A DNA stretch of 64,000 bases from Octopus sinensis. Lineage: Eukaryota. Made by a program: the position numbers and the translations under genes. The stretch is taken from contig NC_042997.1 of the NCBI RefSeq assembly GCF_006345805.1, positions 138,508,001 to 138,572,000 on the forward strand. Reading direction: 5' to 3'. The first letter of the stretch is position 1. Each line of letters begins with the position of its first letter. The notes beneath the pieces were generated by a model, which was not told the origin of the DNA, did no database searches, and saw only the letters and a list, made by a program, of their open reading frames with translations. This document shows positions 1-13,268 of this stretch, piece by piece.

Positions 1-696
1 ACCTATGTACCATTGTTTTTTTGCTGAGATTTTTCTTGAGAATATATATATATATATAGTGTCCATATGTAATGTCTATACATATTATATACATAGGTAG
101 GTGCAGACAAGAATGTGTGGGTAAGAAGTTAGCTTTCCAACCATATGGTTTTGGGTTTGGTCTCACAGCATGGCACCTTGGGTGAATGTCAACTACATGA
201 GGTTTGTGCTGACCGAAGCCTTGAGTGAATTTGGAAGATTGTGACGTGTATGTATGTGTGAAAGTGCTTGTGCTTTCTTAGACATAGTGCACATATATAA
301 TGTACACAAACGCATGACTGCAGTGTTCAAAATTTAGCTTTGCAACCACATTTTCTGGCTCTGTACAACACCTCAAGCAAGGACATTTTACTATAGCCCT
401 GGGCTGAACTGAACATAACCAGTGGGAATGATTTGATAGGTGGTAACTGAAAGAAATCTGTTACTTATATGCGCACGCGCGCACACACCTGTATGTATGC
501 ATGTATATAATTCTTTGTATGCAAAGTATGTATTTGTTATCAATAAATTCGTTTTTGACTTTTAAATAAGAGTTTTAGTCTATTTGGCTCTATAAATATT
601 CTGTCAAACTCTCTTTTTTCACCAAGTGTAAAAACTAACACATTTTTTGTGCACATTCTTTTGTTGTCCATTATTTTCATTTGTTTATTTGAATTG

Positions 697-727
<31 letters not shown>

Positions 728-1356
728 AAGATAAGCTTACTTGGAAATGGATGTGTGGCATTCAATGAAATAATATAAAATATACATATATATATATATA
801 TATATACATACACACACACACATGCATATATGGGTACAGGATGTCATCAACAGTAAGCAACATGAAATATGATTTTCTATCTGTCTCTCCCCTTCTTTCT
901 CCTTTTCTTTCTCTTGTTGCTCACACGTGATCATTGTCCATCTTTCTTTTCTTTCAGGACTGGACATATCCGATCTCTCTCTTCTATCGTTTCTACTTTA
1001 CCCTCGTTCTGGTCTAATGACCTTCCATATTGTTTTCATTTGGTTTCCTTGTATGCCTCCACTGACTTGTTTTTGGTCCCATCTTTGACCCTCCATGAAT
1101 CCCAAATTTTATTTTGGTACTTATGGGAGCAACCGTCTTCGAAGACACATGTTGTTGGTCAATGCTCGAAATGAGGAGTAGATAGCCGGCAACTGAGGAA
1201 GGGTCGTTCTTTATGTTACTTGTCCAGTTTTCCATTTATTTCTTATGTTGTTTGCTTATTGAACTCATTTGTTTTCGTATTTCATGTTGTTTACTGTTAG
1301 TGACGTCCTGTACCCATATATACATATGTCTATCTGTCTGTCTGTCTCTCTGTCTG

Positions 1357-1398
<42 letters not shown>

Positions 1399-1453
1399 CA
1401 CAACCAAAGAGTGGCTTATTAGCAATTAGAAACCTAAAGGCAAAATTAATAGA

Positions 1454-1638
1454 GGTCACAAAAGTGACAGAGGGTATTGACTAGCACCACTTTTGCTAAA
1501 AATAAGAGTTAAAACAACTGAAAAGTCACAAAGAACTATCTTAATACAACAGTCAGTAAAACACTGCTTTTGAGTTGTTTTAACTCTTCTTTTTAGCAAA
1601 AGAGGTGCTAGTCAGTAGCCTCTGTCACTTTTGTGACC
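1454..1638. repeat. Fold-back element with ~72-bp inverted arms and ~40-bp spacer
   Basis: GGTCACAAAAGTGACAGAGGGTATTGACTAGCACCACTTTTGCTAAAAATAAGAGTTAAAACAACTGAAAAG (from 1454) is the reverse complement, with about 5 mismatches, of the segment ending at 1638. Confidence 0.9.
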
Positions 1639-1643
1639 CCCCC

Positions 1644-1674
<31 letters not shown>

Positions 1675-3190
1675 AATAAAGGTGGCTTATTTGCAATTTA
1701 CAACCGAAAGGCAGTGTGTGTGTGCGTGTGTATATACACACTAATGAGATAATTTTATTGACAGTATAACTATCTCCCTCTCTTAGAGACAGGCATGGCT
1801 ATATGATTAAGAATACTTTGTTTCATAACTACGTGAATTTCGGTTATCTTTCACTGCGTAGCACTCTGGGCTTCTATCTTAGGTTGATCAAAATCCGAGT
1901 GAAACTTAGTGAATAGAAACCGTGGAAAGCTGCTGTTTCTGTTCTTGGGTGGTAGACTTAATTCATCTCCTGGTTTAAACAAGACCACATGGCCCCTAGA
2001 TGTTTTAACAGAGTCTACTTTGGCGCAATTATTTAATTCCGATTTCCGGTCTGAGAGTAGTTTCCTTCCTATTCTCTTACCAGATTTTGAAAAAAAAAAA
2101 AAATGTCACTGGCACTGCTCTACCTTCTCTGACAAAACACACAGAAGAAAAAAAAATCGGCTTTTTGTTTAGTCAACAGAAATCGATATTACGAAATAAT
2201 GAACTCTATACATAGTTTGGTCAATGAACTGGCAGAATTACCGGAAGACAGGCAGAGAACACGCAAATATTCCAATAACCCAGGCTACAGTGTCAAACTG
2301 ACATACATTAACATTTCACTGAGACGAACGATTTGTTAACACCGAGGAAGATAGTCAGACTATGATAAGTTGCACTTCTGAAGCGCAAATATAAATATAA
2401 AAGAGAATGCTAAACTGCACCGACTTCTAAGAATAAGAATGAAATTACGAGAAGCAATAACTTCTGGCAACGAAGAAAAACTTTAAATCGCACGAAAACT
2501 GCAAGATAACTGCAACATATGCAAAAATCAATATTGCATAATATATACTGATCAACAATATACAATACACAGCGCAATTTGTCAGTCATTTACATCTAAA
2601 CATTCAGATCACACTGAGCTGGACAGCTCTATGACCTAATATTACTACACAGTGAAAAGGTTCTGCAGAATTAGGTTGAAAAACCACAGGCATAAGGCGT
2701 AGAATATTGTAATATATTCATGGGGTGCACAAGAGTAAATAGATACGTTATTGTAATATATTATGCCGGCGAAAGGCTGTGTAATTCAAATCTATCCAAA
2801 CCCATTTAAAGCTTATTCTATATGAAGTATTACAACTTAGTAAAAAATTTCCACCTTTGTGTGTAGACAATTTATTACTCAATATTTCTAATTCTTGAAT
2901 AATGGCTATGTGTGTGTGTGCATTATTAAAGTACGGTTACTAGCTTGGAATAGTTCACCAGAAAGTAACAAAGAGCGACCAGAGAAATTAGATCAAACTT
3001 GCTCAAAGTTATCACCACATTTTAAATATGTGTGTATATGTGTGGTGTGTGTGTGAATATCATATTACTCACATATGCGCACAAGCACGGTATAAAATAT
3101 ACAGAAATATTTTTAAAGCGTATCAGTTACTAGATTTGGATTGTTTATAATTGTGTGGTGGGGAGAGAGATCATTTACAGCGACCGATCG

Positions 3191-3321
<131 letters not shown>

Positions 3322-3810
3322 CAACAGCAAAGAATCGAAGACAGTTCGAACGGTAGGTCGAGCGGGAGCTTACTTTACACATCACGGCGCTCGCCAATTA
3401 TAATATCAATAAAAATATGTATACATTATTACTACACCGTGATAATGTGATCTTAAATTACACAATCGATATGGGACAGTAAAAAAAAAAAAAAAAAAAA
3501 AAACACAACCGACGTAAACTGATCGGGATAACATAAACAAATAAACAGATAAAAAAACAAAGCTGCAAACTATCCGTGACAAACTTATTTTGATGACAAA
3601 TCCCATCACAAAAGGATTTAGCCAAACACACACACACTATAGAGAGAAATGTGGTTAATAATTAAGCCAGCTCAATTAGTAAATGTTGAGAAGTTAGCCG
3701 CTGAAATATAAAGATATAAATGATGGCAGTCTTATACAGTAAGAAACACCATAACTATTATATAGTGCACGTATGTATGTATGTATGTATGTATGTATGT
3801 ATGTGTATAT

Positions 3811-3852
<42 letters not shown>

Positions 3853-3935
3853 ATATATATAATATATATATATATATTATAGTGTGTGTGGTGTGTGTGT
3901 GTGGTGTATATATATATTGTACACACACATATATA

Positions 3936-4150
3936 TAATTTTAAAAATGGAGTTAAACGCAAGTGTTATTCAAATCTTTATACTTCCGACATATGTTTCG
4001 AAGAAAAGATTGGTGTTATTTCTGAAGGAATTAAATGATGTAAAATAATCATTTTATTCCCTCAAGAATAATACCAATGTTTTCTTCGAAACGTATGTTG
4101 GAAGTATAAAAATTTGAATAACACCTACGTTTAACACCATTTCTTAATTT
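3936..4150. repeat. ~215-bp imperfect palindrome (fold-back element)
   Basis: TTAAACGCAAGTGTTATTCAAATCTTTATACTTCCGACATATGTTTCGAAGAAAAGATTGGTG... pairs with ...TACCAATGTTTTCTTCGAAACGTATGTTGGAAGTATAAAAATTTGAATAACACCTACGTTTAA. The loop is about 8 nt near 4040-4048. Confidence 0.9.
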
Positions 4151-4460
4151 ATCTATGTCATACAAAAACATTTCACTAAACCCTGGTTCTACCTTTATAG
4201 GTAGGCTGTAACATCCTTGGCACTTATGTGAATTATTGCTACCCTGGTAACTATTTATTTATTTATTGGTGTTATTTGTACATGTCGAAAAAATGCACAT
4301 ATGTATATATTGTACAGATATGTATATATATTGTATACAGACACACCACACACACACATATATATATTGTACATATATGTATATATATATTGTACACATA
4401 TGTATATATATATATTGTACACATATCTATATATATCTTGTATATATATATATAAATTAT

Positions 4461-4630
4461 ATAATTAAGGGTATCTAAAAGATACCACCATGCTAGATAT
4501 AGCAGTCAAAACTTGACTCTAAAACCACATCAGGCACCAGGAGAAAAGACAGAGAGACAAATAAACTATCAAAAAATTATTTCGACTGCTATCTCTAGCA
4601 TGGTGGTATCTATTAGATACCCTTAATTAT
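4461..4630. repeat. Fold-back element with ~50-bp inverted arms
   Basis: TAATTAAGGGTATCTAAAAGATACCACCATGCTAGATATAGCAGTCAAAA is the inverse of TTTCGACTGCTATCTCTAGCATGGTGGTATCTATTAGATACCCTTAATTA, with 3 mismatches. Confidence 0.9.
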
Positions 4631-4737
4631 AATTTTAATAATTATCACCTATGAGGTTATTATTTGTATGTTGGCCACATAATATGATCGGTATTTTAAA
4701 TAACGATCTTTATACATACACATATATTGTATGTAAG

Positions 4738-4770
<33 letters not shown>

Positions 4771-4793
4771 GAATATATATTTATATATAGTGA

Positions 4794-4832
<39 letters not shown>

Positions 4833-5279
4833 TGTACATACACGTGAGGATACACACACATCTGAGAATACCGACAGTAGCACAAGCCTATGCAGAAAGT
4901 CGCTTGACTGGCATTTTACTACAAGAATTGAAACAATAAAACCTCTCAAAAACAGAACATACAAAGTCTTAGATGCAATAGGTTTGATGTTGCCGGTCTG
5001 TGGCAACACACTTGCATCCAGACAATTCATGTAGTCAGACCACTCAAGTTCATTCAATTCTCTTAACTATATATGTGTGTGTGTGTGTATGTATGTATAT
5101 ATGTGTGTGTGTGTGTATTATATATATATAATTTAAAAATAGGATAAAATCTTCATAAGAATTTACCAAGTAGTTAGCGTGAGAAACATCATAAGAGAAA
5201 AATATCCACCAATTTTTTCACTTAAATATATTTATTATATTATATAGAGGGCATTATTACACATAAATGCCCCCCACCC

Positions 5280-5339
<60 letters not shown>

Positions 5340-8300
5340 ATATAATCACGCTAAATGTATGGCTAACATTTAGAAAACTGGGTCCACCACAGAAAGCTTT
5401 TGAAAATAGCTTTTGAAAATAACAGAGCAACAAACTTTTTCTATTTATCAAATTGTAGAGCGTAGCAACTTTTAAGAAAAAAAAAAAAAAGAAGCCGACT
5501 GGTCACTGGGTGTAAATGAAACAGTATTTAAATTAATAGTATGAGTGTGTGTGCGTGTGTGTGAAAACAGCGAGAAGTAAAACTGGAAAACTAATTGCTG
5601 GCATGGGTGAGAGAGAAAGAGAGAGATGAAAGGAGAGGTATGAATGTGTGAAAAACAAATTGAAATACTGCAAAAACAGGAGGGAAAGGGAGAGATTAAA
5701 AGACAGGCAGAGGCAAAGAGAGGCTAGGCTAGCAGCAGTTCAACTACAGACTGCAGGGATTAAAATATGATTCCACACCACCCTTCCCCGAATGTCTGCG
5801 CGATCGCCTTACATAACAGCTTTTAGGTAGAAATGCTCATTTGACAATAACTAATTTGTTATCAACGCTTTTACTTTTGTTCTGAATGTTTATTGTTGTT
5901 TGTCTTTTTTTAGATGAGAGAAAGAGAAATGAGCAGAGAAAGGATCTAAGTGGGAGAATGGAATAAAGAGTGACGCCAACGGATGTGTGCAGATAGACAG
6001 ATATGTTCAAAGCAAGATATAGCCAAGAGAGGAAACAAAAATAAAAAAAAACTGACAGATAGACAGATATATATATATATACAGACTTACAGATAGAAAC
6101 ACAAAAGCAGATAGACAAGTTAAGATAGACAGACACGCGGCAGACATAGAACAGCAGCAATATAGCGGAGGGGGGGAGTCCAGATAAGAAATGAAGATAG
6201 ATTAAATAGAGGGAGGGAGGGAGAGAGAGAAGCAGCCAAATAGAAAGTCAGACAGAAGACAGGCAGAAAGATAGTATTATATATTTATAACTATGTTGAT
6301 TTGATATATGTGTGTGTATAGATAGATAAGAAAAACTAGAGTCCGAGTAAACTAGTTATGTGTATAGACAAACAGACAGACAGAGTTAGAGGGAGTGTCT
6401 AGAATGGTGGAGAAATAAGGGAAGAACGTGCCTATGTTTGAGTGTGTCTGCAGTGGTGGGAGGAGAGGGAGAGAGAGAAGGGAGGAGCTGTCTAGAGTGG
6501 CAATGTCATATCTACACATAGTAACAGCTTAGTAGTCACCAAGTGAAGCAAACAAGCAGCAGCAACCTTATAAGACAGACAGGGTAAAAAGCAGCAAGCT
6601 TAGTGTGTGTGTGTTTGCATGTGTACAGTCAGGTATCGAGCCGGTTCTTCACTGACAGACCTGGCTTGGGAAAAAAAGCAGACAGACAAGACGAGAGAGA
6701 GAGAGAGAATAAATGAATGAATGAATGAATGAGAGACGAAGACAGAAGCAGACAGAGAGCAAATTTGCATAATTTCTAGACAGATGACTAGACAGCAGCA
6801 GTCGAAACAACAACAACAAATGATATAAGAATAACACTGCTTATTTGGGATTGTCCAAAGCAGTGACACTAACTTTTTACACACACATTTGCAACAGACA
6901 TACACTAAAACACAGATAGACACTCTCAAAATACACAAACATACAGACACATGCAGATAAACACTCCAATATATAGACGGACACGTAGACGCAAATAGAG
7001 AACTCACCACTCACACAAACGTAGATACTGAATACATAGTCAAGAATGCTCATGGCAGACACACATAGATATATAAACATTAAACGACAGACACACTCAC
7101 CTACATATCGCGTATACAGACACATATGCAAACAAATATACATATGTAGACAGAATAGCTTGTGCAGTTGTATCAGACAGAATCCGCACAACACATGCAA
7201 ATTACACACACACACACACATACAAATATAAACGTAAACACATGCTTACAGACAGATACTATACATAGATTAAAAAAATAATACTCTCACGTAGAGACAT
7301 ATTGCAGACGAAGTAGCTGAACGATAAAATCAGACACATAGAACATAGTCTAGGCGCGTGAATGTACACACATACACACTCACTTACTTAAATACTGACA
7401 GCAAACCAGGGAAATTTCACATTCAGCAGAAAATGTATTTAACTTCATTGACATTTAACAAAAGGTGTAAAAACAACGGAATTCTGTGCCTAAGACTTCA
7501 GCCGGCAACTAGACATACTTAGTGTTTTATAGCAGACCACTTTAGTGTAAACCGACGCACATGCACAAATACTCTTCTACAGACTCATCATACTCAAAAC
7601 ATGCACATCCTTTATATAAATATAACAGAAAAAAATAAAATAAGAAACGTAAATTTAGCTGTTGCTTCCTTAATGCCAATTTCCATGACTATAATAACCG
7701 TCGTTCCGTTTTCTGAACTTTGCAGCTTTTTTCTTTTCATATTTTAAATAGTTTCGTTAAATTAAACCAAGGCAGTAGTGCTGCTTCGGTTGGGGCCTTG
7801 TAGTTTTGCTTAGTTTCAAATCTTTAGGGTTTGTCAATATCTCATCTGAAGTGCTGAAAATATTGATGAATATAATGTTTCATTCAGGCACAAGACGTAA
7901 AATTTTGGTGAAATGTTTCTAGTTGTGAGACCTAATGCTATTGAGTTCATGGATTTCCTTGTTGCTTTTCTGGTATCTAATTAAAACACGACTGGGGGCA
8001 GGTAGTCAAGATTACAGCTTCGGTTGCTTTTGACAACTTGATTTTAAGTCAGTTTGATTACGCTGTTTGCTTGTTTGTTGTTGGAGTGTGGTGGTTACGA
8101 TTCCTGAAGTTGTTTAGCTACAAAAGTCAGTTCTGATCGAGTAGATCTATGATCAAAAAGCACATCTAAGTCAGAATATTCAAAATGAAAGACCTCCGGG
8201 ACAAGCAGTGACACAATTTGCTGTTTTAACTCAGCAGTCTCTGACCCCAACCCCACTCACACAAAGTTATATCAACTGACTAAACCCTTACTAACTACAA

Positions 8301-8869
8301 AGGAACAACTGTGAAGCTTCGCCCACCTCACTGAGTTGGTCATAACCAGAACCCCCAAAGAATACTGCACATTGGAAAAAAGTTCAAGAAAGTAACAGAT
8401 CCGCAGACAAGTTACACTCTCTATACGACAGGCAACAGCTTGTAGGAGTCCGCAATAACGTCTTCATATAGACAAAAGCAGAAGTACATTTGGAGCAACG
8501 GATCTTCGTTTGGTCTTTCGATCAGCACTAATCAACAACCACGACAATGAATGTTTTGGCTATGAAACTTTAAAAAAGTAATAAATGATATTCTTTTCAA
8601 AGACTGAATATTTAGTACCAAAGTATCTCTACCACAAATTAGCATTGCTTGTACACATGCCAATGAAACCTTTACATGGTCTCTGGAAATGTTAGCAATA
8701 GCAACCAAATCACGTTTGAACAATCCCAACTGTATGAAAAATGAATAAATATAGCATGGAAACTAATTCTGTAAATAGTATATGCCAGATAGGAAGATGA
8801 GAAAGCCATGGCTAGAAAGCCAGCTTCTCAGATCAATACGTCGGACGTATTACAATCTTCAACACGATT

Positions 8870-9090
8870 GTTTCAAATTTTGGCATAATGTCAGCAATTT
8901 TAAGGGCAAAGGATTGATTAGTCGATTGCATCGATCTCGGTATTTGACTGGTACTTAATTTCATCAAACACCGAAAGGATGAAAGGAAAAGTTCACCGCG
9001 GCAGAATCTGAACTCAGAATGTTAAGAGCCGGAAGAAATGTCGCTAAACATTTTGCCCATCACGTTAACAATTCTGTCAGCTCGCCCGTT
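8870..9090 (-). mobile_element. SINE family D, isolated diverged copy
   Basis: Contains GGTACTTAATTTCATC...GAAAGGATGAAAGGAAAAGTT...GAACTCAGAATG, homologous to 13572-13788 and to the chain units at 57547-62101. Confidence 0.8.
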
Positions 9091-10809
9091 ATTCCTGAAC
9101 AAAATTAAAATATGGAATATCTGGAGAGCTGGATCAGGGAGTGGCATCAAGATATAAGACCAACTGTCTATGTATCATAAGATTTGAGTACAGCTAAAAC
9201 GAGACACTCAACAACAATAACTGCATGTATAGTTTTATTAGTAACATAGTAATAGACCCGTTACCAATAACTTTTTAGGCTTAATTAAAACCAGTTTCAA
9301 AATTCAGAATATTGGCGGAGGTCGGGCGTTTCCCACCCGATTCCACATTCATTTTCCCCCAAAAAAGTTTCTTTGGGTCCATATGTTTTCGATATTGGAG
9401 ATAACGATTTAGCCCCCCCCTCCCCGCCCTATCCATTTTAAAAAAGTTTTCCTTTTTTCCCAGTTAAATCCACGTAGAAAAATACGGAGATTACAAATCT
9501 GGAAGAAATATATATATCTTTTATTTTGAAATTTTCTTAGAAAACATCCTGTGTCGCCCGTCCCCACCCTTCCCGCTTTTCAAAGGTACTTTCGTTTGCG
9601 CATGCGTGAATTGCTCCTGAAACAGCAGACGAAAGGCATACCAAACCCTCACTAGAACACTCGGTATGCTAGAAGTAGCCGTTAAATGTCTGGAAAATAT
9701 TTTTACCTCGGCTTAACGATACCTTTGAGGGATTTTATTCGTTTTATTTTATCTAATATAAGGTTTTTAAACTCTGCTCATAACGAATTGCAAAATAAAA
9801 GTTGATCAAGTTGAGCATTGCAAATGAAAATTTCTGATGAATTTTTCTCCCCCCTAAACCTCAACTTCCCATATCTATTTCTGATTTGATGCCTTACCAC
9901 AAATTATTTTACGTATTGCGTTCATATAGAAATAGCAAATAATTCATAAAGAAAATTTCATTAAATTATGCGTATTTAAACAAATTATGGAAAATTTACC
10001 CAGTCACAATTCCATTGAATTATGTTGATTTGCAACCAACATGTGTGTGTGTGAAGAGAGAGAGAAGCAATTGCCTCAATTTTAGTATTTTTACCCCTTT
10101 AAAGTACTCCAGACATCGAACAGTAATAGTCTGAGATCTAAACTACAGTCAAGTGTCCTTGATGTTGTGGGCACAATAAACAACGAACTAAACAGTAAAA
10201 ATTTTTTTTAAAGAATGCACAGGACTTGCAAAAACATCTTTCTATAACACATGCAACCTTCTAAAGTTTCATTTTATTAAGTACTCGGTTAGAGAGAATT
10301 ACTTTTAGTTATAAAACGTTAAGTGCAGAGTTTAGTTTTGATAAAATAACTACGAGTTACAATATTCTGAGAAGTCAGTGAAATTGTGTTAAGGGTAAGG
10401 GTCACTGCAGATACAGATTAAACAGAAACATTTTTATATGCTTTGCAGATTGTTAAGGAAACTTAAATCAAAAACTAAGGTTACCGCTATAGAAAGCAAG
10501 CCATTTAAGAAGCAAAGTAGTAAAACAGTATAGGAACCCAACAGGGTCTCGTAGTAAGTGAAAAAATAAACAGCATTTTGTCACCATATTTAAAAGTAAC
10601 GTCAGAAAACAAGGTCACTGCCAGTGGTATAGAATTTAAGTTATTATGTAAATGAGCAAGCAGTAGAAAATGGGTCAGAGCAGTGACCTAATGCTAAGGG
10701 AGATACAAGAATACTAAATTTTTCATGCAAAGCCCTTTGCCGTCGGAGAGTGAGAGAGAAAGGAAACAAATCATGTTTATGGGAGCAATGAGCATATATA
10801 TATATGTCC

Positions 10810-11250
10810 TGTACCTATATGTATGTATATATGCATAGATATAGGTATGTACATATATGTATGTATATATGCATATATATAGGTATGTACATATATGTAT
10901 GTATATATGCATATATATAGGTATGTATATATGCATATATATAGGTATGTACGTATATGTATGTATATATGCATATATATAGGTATGTACGTATATGTAT
11001 GTATATATGCATTATATAGGTATGTATATATGCTATATATAGGTATGTACGTATATGTAGTATATATGCATATATATAGGTATGTATATATGCATATATA
11101 TAGGTATGTATATATGCATATATATAGGTATGTACGTATATGTATGTATATATGCATATATATATAGGTATGTACGTATATGTATGTATATATGCATATA
11201 TATATAGGTATGTACGTATATGTATGTATATATGCATATATATATATATA
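10810..11250. repeat. TA-derived minisatellite with interleaved ~38-bp and ~24-bp units
   Basis: Recurrent GGTATGTACGTATATGTATGTATATATGCATATATATA and the shorter GGTATGTATATATGCATATATATA. Confidence 0.9.
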
Positions 11251-11854
11251 TATTCACTCGCATATGCATGTGAGTGTACGTGCGTCTGTGATTTGTGTAA
11301 TCAATATCTATAATATATATATATATATGAATGAATATGTGTATCTATCTATCTATCTATCTATCTATCCACATAGATACAGATACGTAAACGTATACTT
11401 CAACCTTGTAAGAAAAGTGCTACCGTCCGTAATAATATTCTGCTTGTCAACATGTGCTGTGGGTGTAGGGCGTTTAACAACCTTAACTACAGAACGAAAT
11501 CGAGGACATAATCGAAGTCTTCAACACTAACGAAACAATGTTATGAAGATCTATAAATCTGTACATAGAAACAGAAATATGAACATCTATTAAATGTGAA
11601 ATTTCCACAGCTCCTGCGAGTCAACAAAATTTTTCTCCCCTCTCTTCGCTTGGAGAAATGTTGGAGAAGATTGGGCTGTGATAAAAACCCGAAGAATTGA
11701 AATACTTACAGGCCATCTTGCTCTTGTCATTAAAGATTTAGTTAGTTATCTATATGATACTGAAAGACAGGCATGTGTGTTTTCTGTTATTGTATTTTAC
11801 AAGACTGATGTAAACTGATATACGAGACGGCTACAAACAAAATTAAGCAAAACC

Positions 11855-11888
<34 letters not shown>

Positions 11889-11984
11889 TGTGTGTGTGTC
11901 TGAGTGTGTATATATGATTATGCATTATAAAATTTATAAAACGAGATGGAAAACAAACACAAGCTTAAATCACAAATCAATTAG

Positions 11985-12311
11985 AAGTGGCTATGTGGTA
12001 AGAAGCTTGCTTCCCAACCACATGGTTCCGGGTTCAGTCCCACTGTATGGCACCGTGTGCAAGTGTCTTCTACAATAGATTCGGGCAGACAAAAGTCTTG
12101 TGAGTGGATTTGGTAGATGGAAAGTGAAAGAATCTCGTTATTTCATCTAGTTTCAGCTCACGAGTTGTGGCCATGCTGGGGCACCGCCAATGTGCTATGC
12201 TTACCGCACCTAGGTTTCCCAAGCGGTCACCCATCTAAGTACTGACTAGGCTCGACGTTGCTTAACTTCGGTGATCAAACGAGAACCGGTGCTTTCAACG
12301 TGATATGGCCG

Positions 12312-12375
<64 letters not shown>

Positions 12376-12505
12376 GTATATATATATATATGTGTATGTA
12401 TGTATAGAATTAGTACTAGGCTTACAAAGAATAAGTCCTGGGGTCGATTTGTTCGACTAAAGGCGGTACTCCAGCATGGCCACAGTAAAAATGATTGAAA
12501 CAAGA
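11985..12505 (+). mobile_element. SINE family A copy, interrupted by the 5S-headed element and (TA)n
   Basis: Head GTGGCTATGTGGTAAGAAGCTTGCTTCCCAACCACATGGTTCCGGGTTCAGTCCC at about 11987. The family 3' part (GTACTAGGCTTACAAAGAATAAGTCCTGGGGTCGAT...CCAGCATGGCCACAGT...TGAAACAAG) resumes at about 12408. Confidence 0.85.
12198..12316 (-). rRNA. Near full-length 5S rRNA copy (dispersed pseudogene or SINE head)
   Basis: Minus strand reads TTTACGGCCATATCACGTTGAAAGCACCGGTTCTCGTTTGATCACCGAAGTTAAGCAACGTCGAGCCTAGTCAGTACTTAGATGGGTGACCGCTTGGGAAACCTAGGTGCGGTAAGC, a typical animal 5S rRNA of ~119 nt with internal A and C boxes. No oligo-T terminator follows. Confidence 0.93.
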
Positions 12506-12553
12506 ATGTGTAAGTATTGTGTGTATGTATGTATGTGTGTGTGTGTATATATA

Positions 12554-12598
<45 letters not shown>

Positions 12599-13268
12599 TG
12601 TATGTATCTATGTAATTGTGTATATATACATAGAGCTTATATACTTACCATACACTCTTTAAACACAATTCAAATCTTAACGTCTCCTCGTCTGCAATTG
12701 TTTTTTACTCTGCATAACTAAACTCATTTACTATTATCACCCTTCCCTATCTCTTCGTTTTCGTCACTCTGGTCATTGACCTCTTATTAACGCCTTTTTT
12801 TTCTCGTCTGGTTAACCCCCTCCTAACCATTACCTCTCATCCGAACCCCCTCCTTCCATTATTTAAACCTTTATGCTCAGTGCTTACCATAAACATTAAA
12901 ATGTCAGTACTCTGATCTCCGCATGGCATACAAACTTTAGCTAAATTTGCCAATTTTAACTAAATGACTTATACTGACGCAAACCACCAGTAGTTTCCTC
13001 GGACTCTAGTTGTTGAACAAACGACCAAAAAGCAATCCAAATCTAAGAACAGACTACATTATCTGTGTCTTTATAAAGATGGCTGTTAGTTTGTTGAAGG
13101 AGATTTGCTTGCTATTTCTAGCAGATCAAGATGAAACGTAGAGCCTCCCTCATTGAGGCTATTGAATTGTAAAGAGTTCTGATCAGGACAATTTCAGTTC
13201 AGGTATTAATTAGCACGTAATATGCAGATGATTTGTTTGTAACCAGACTTTAACTGAAGCAGAGTTAC

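Noticed and set aside
1130-1290. CTGAGGA/CTGATGA boxes in a repeat family (also about 19335 and 23435) as hammerheads
   Set aside because: No GAAA follows a stem II downstream, and the upstream GAAA cannot be folded into a type II or III arrangement.
2382-2637. Protein-like frame KENAKLHRLLRIRMKLREAITSGNEEKL*IARKLQDNCNICKNQYC...
   Set aside because: It has an internal stop, no recognisable domain and no convincing splice sites. It could be a decayed transposon ORF, but this is unsupported.
7008-7053. Minus-strand GCC-ATG MSILDYVFSIYVCVS-G followed by GTGAGT (signal-peptide-like first exon); similarly ATG-GCC-T then GTAAGT at 11716-11710
   Set aside because: Good donor sites, but no downstream exon could be linked, and such motifs are expected by chance in 64 kb.
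8532-8729. Minus-strand frame LGLFKRDLVAIANISRDHVKV... after TTTTCATACAG
   Set aside because: No recognisable homology and no partner exon.
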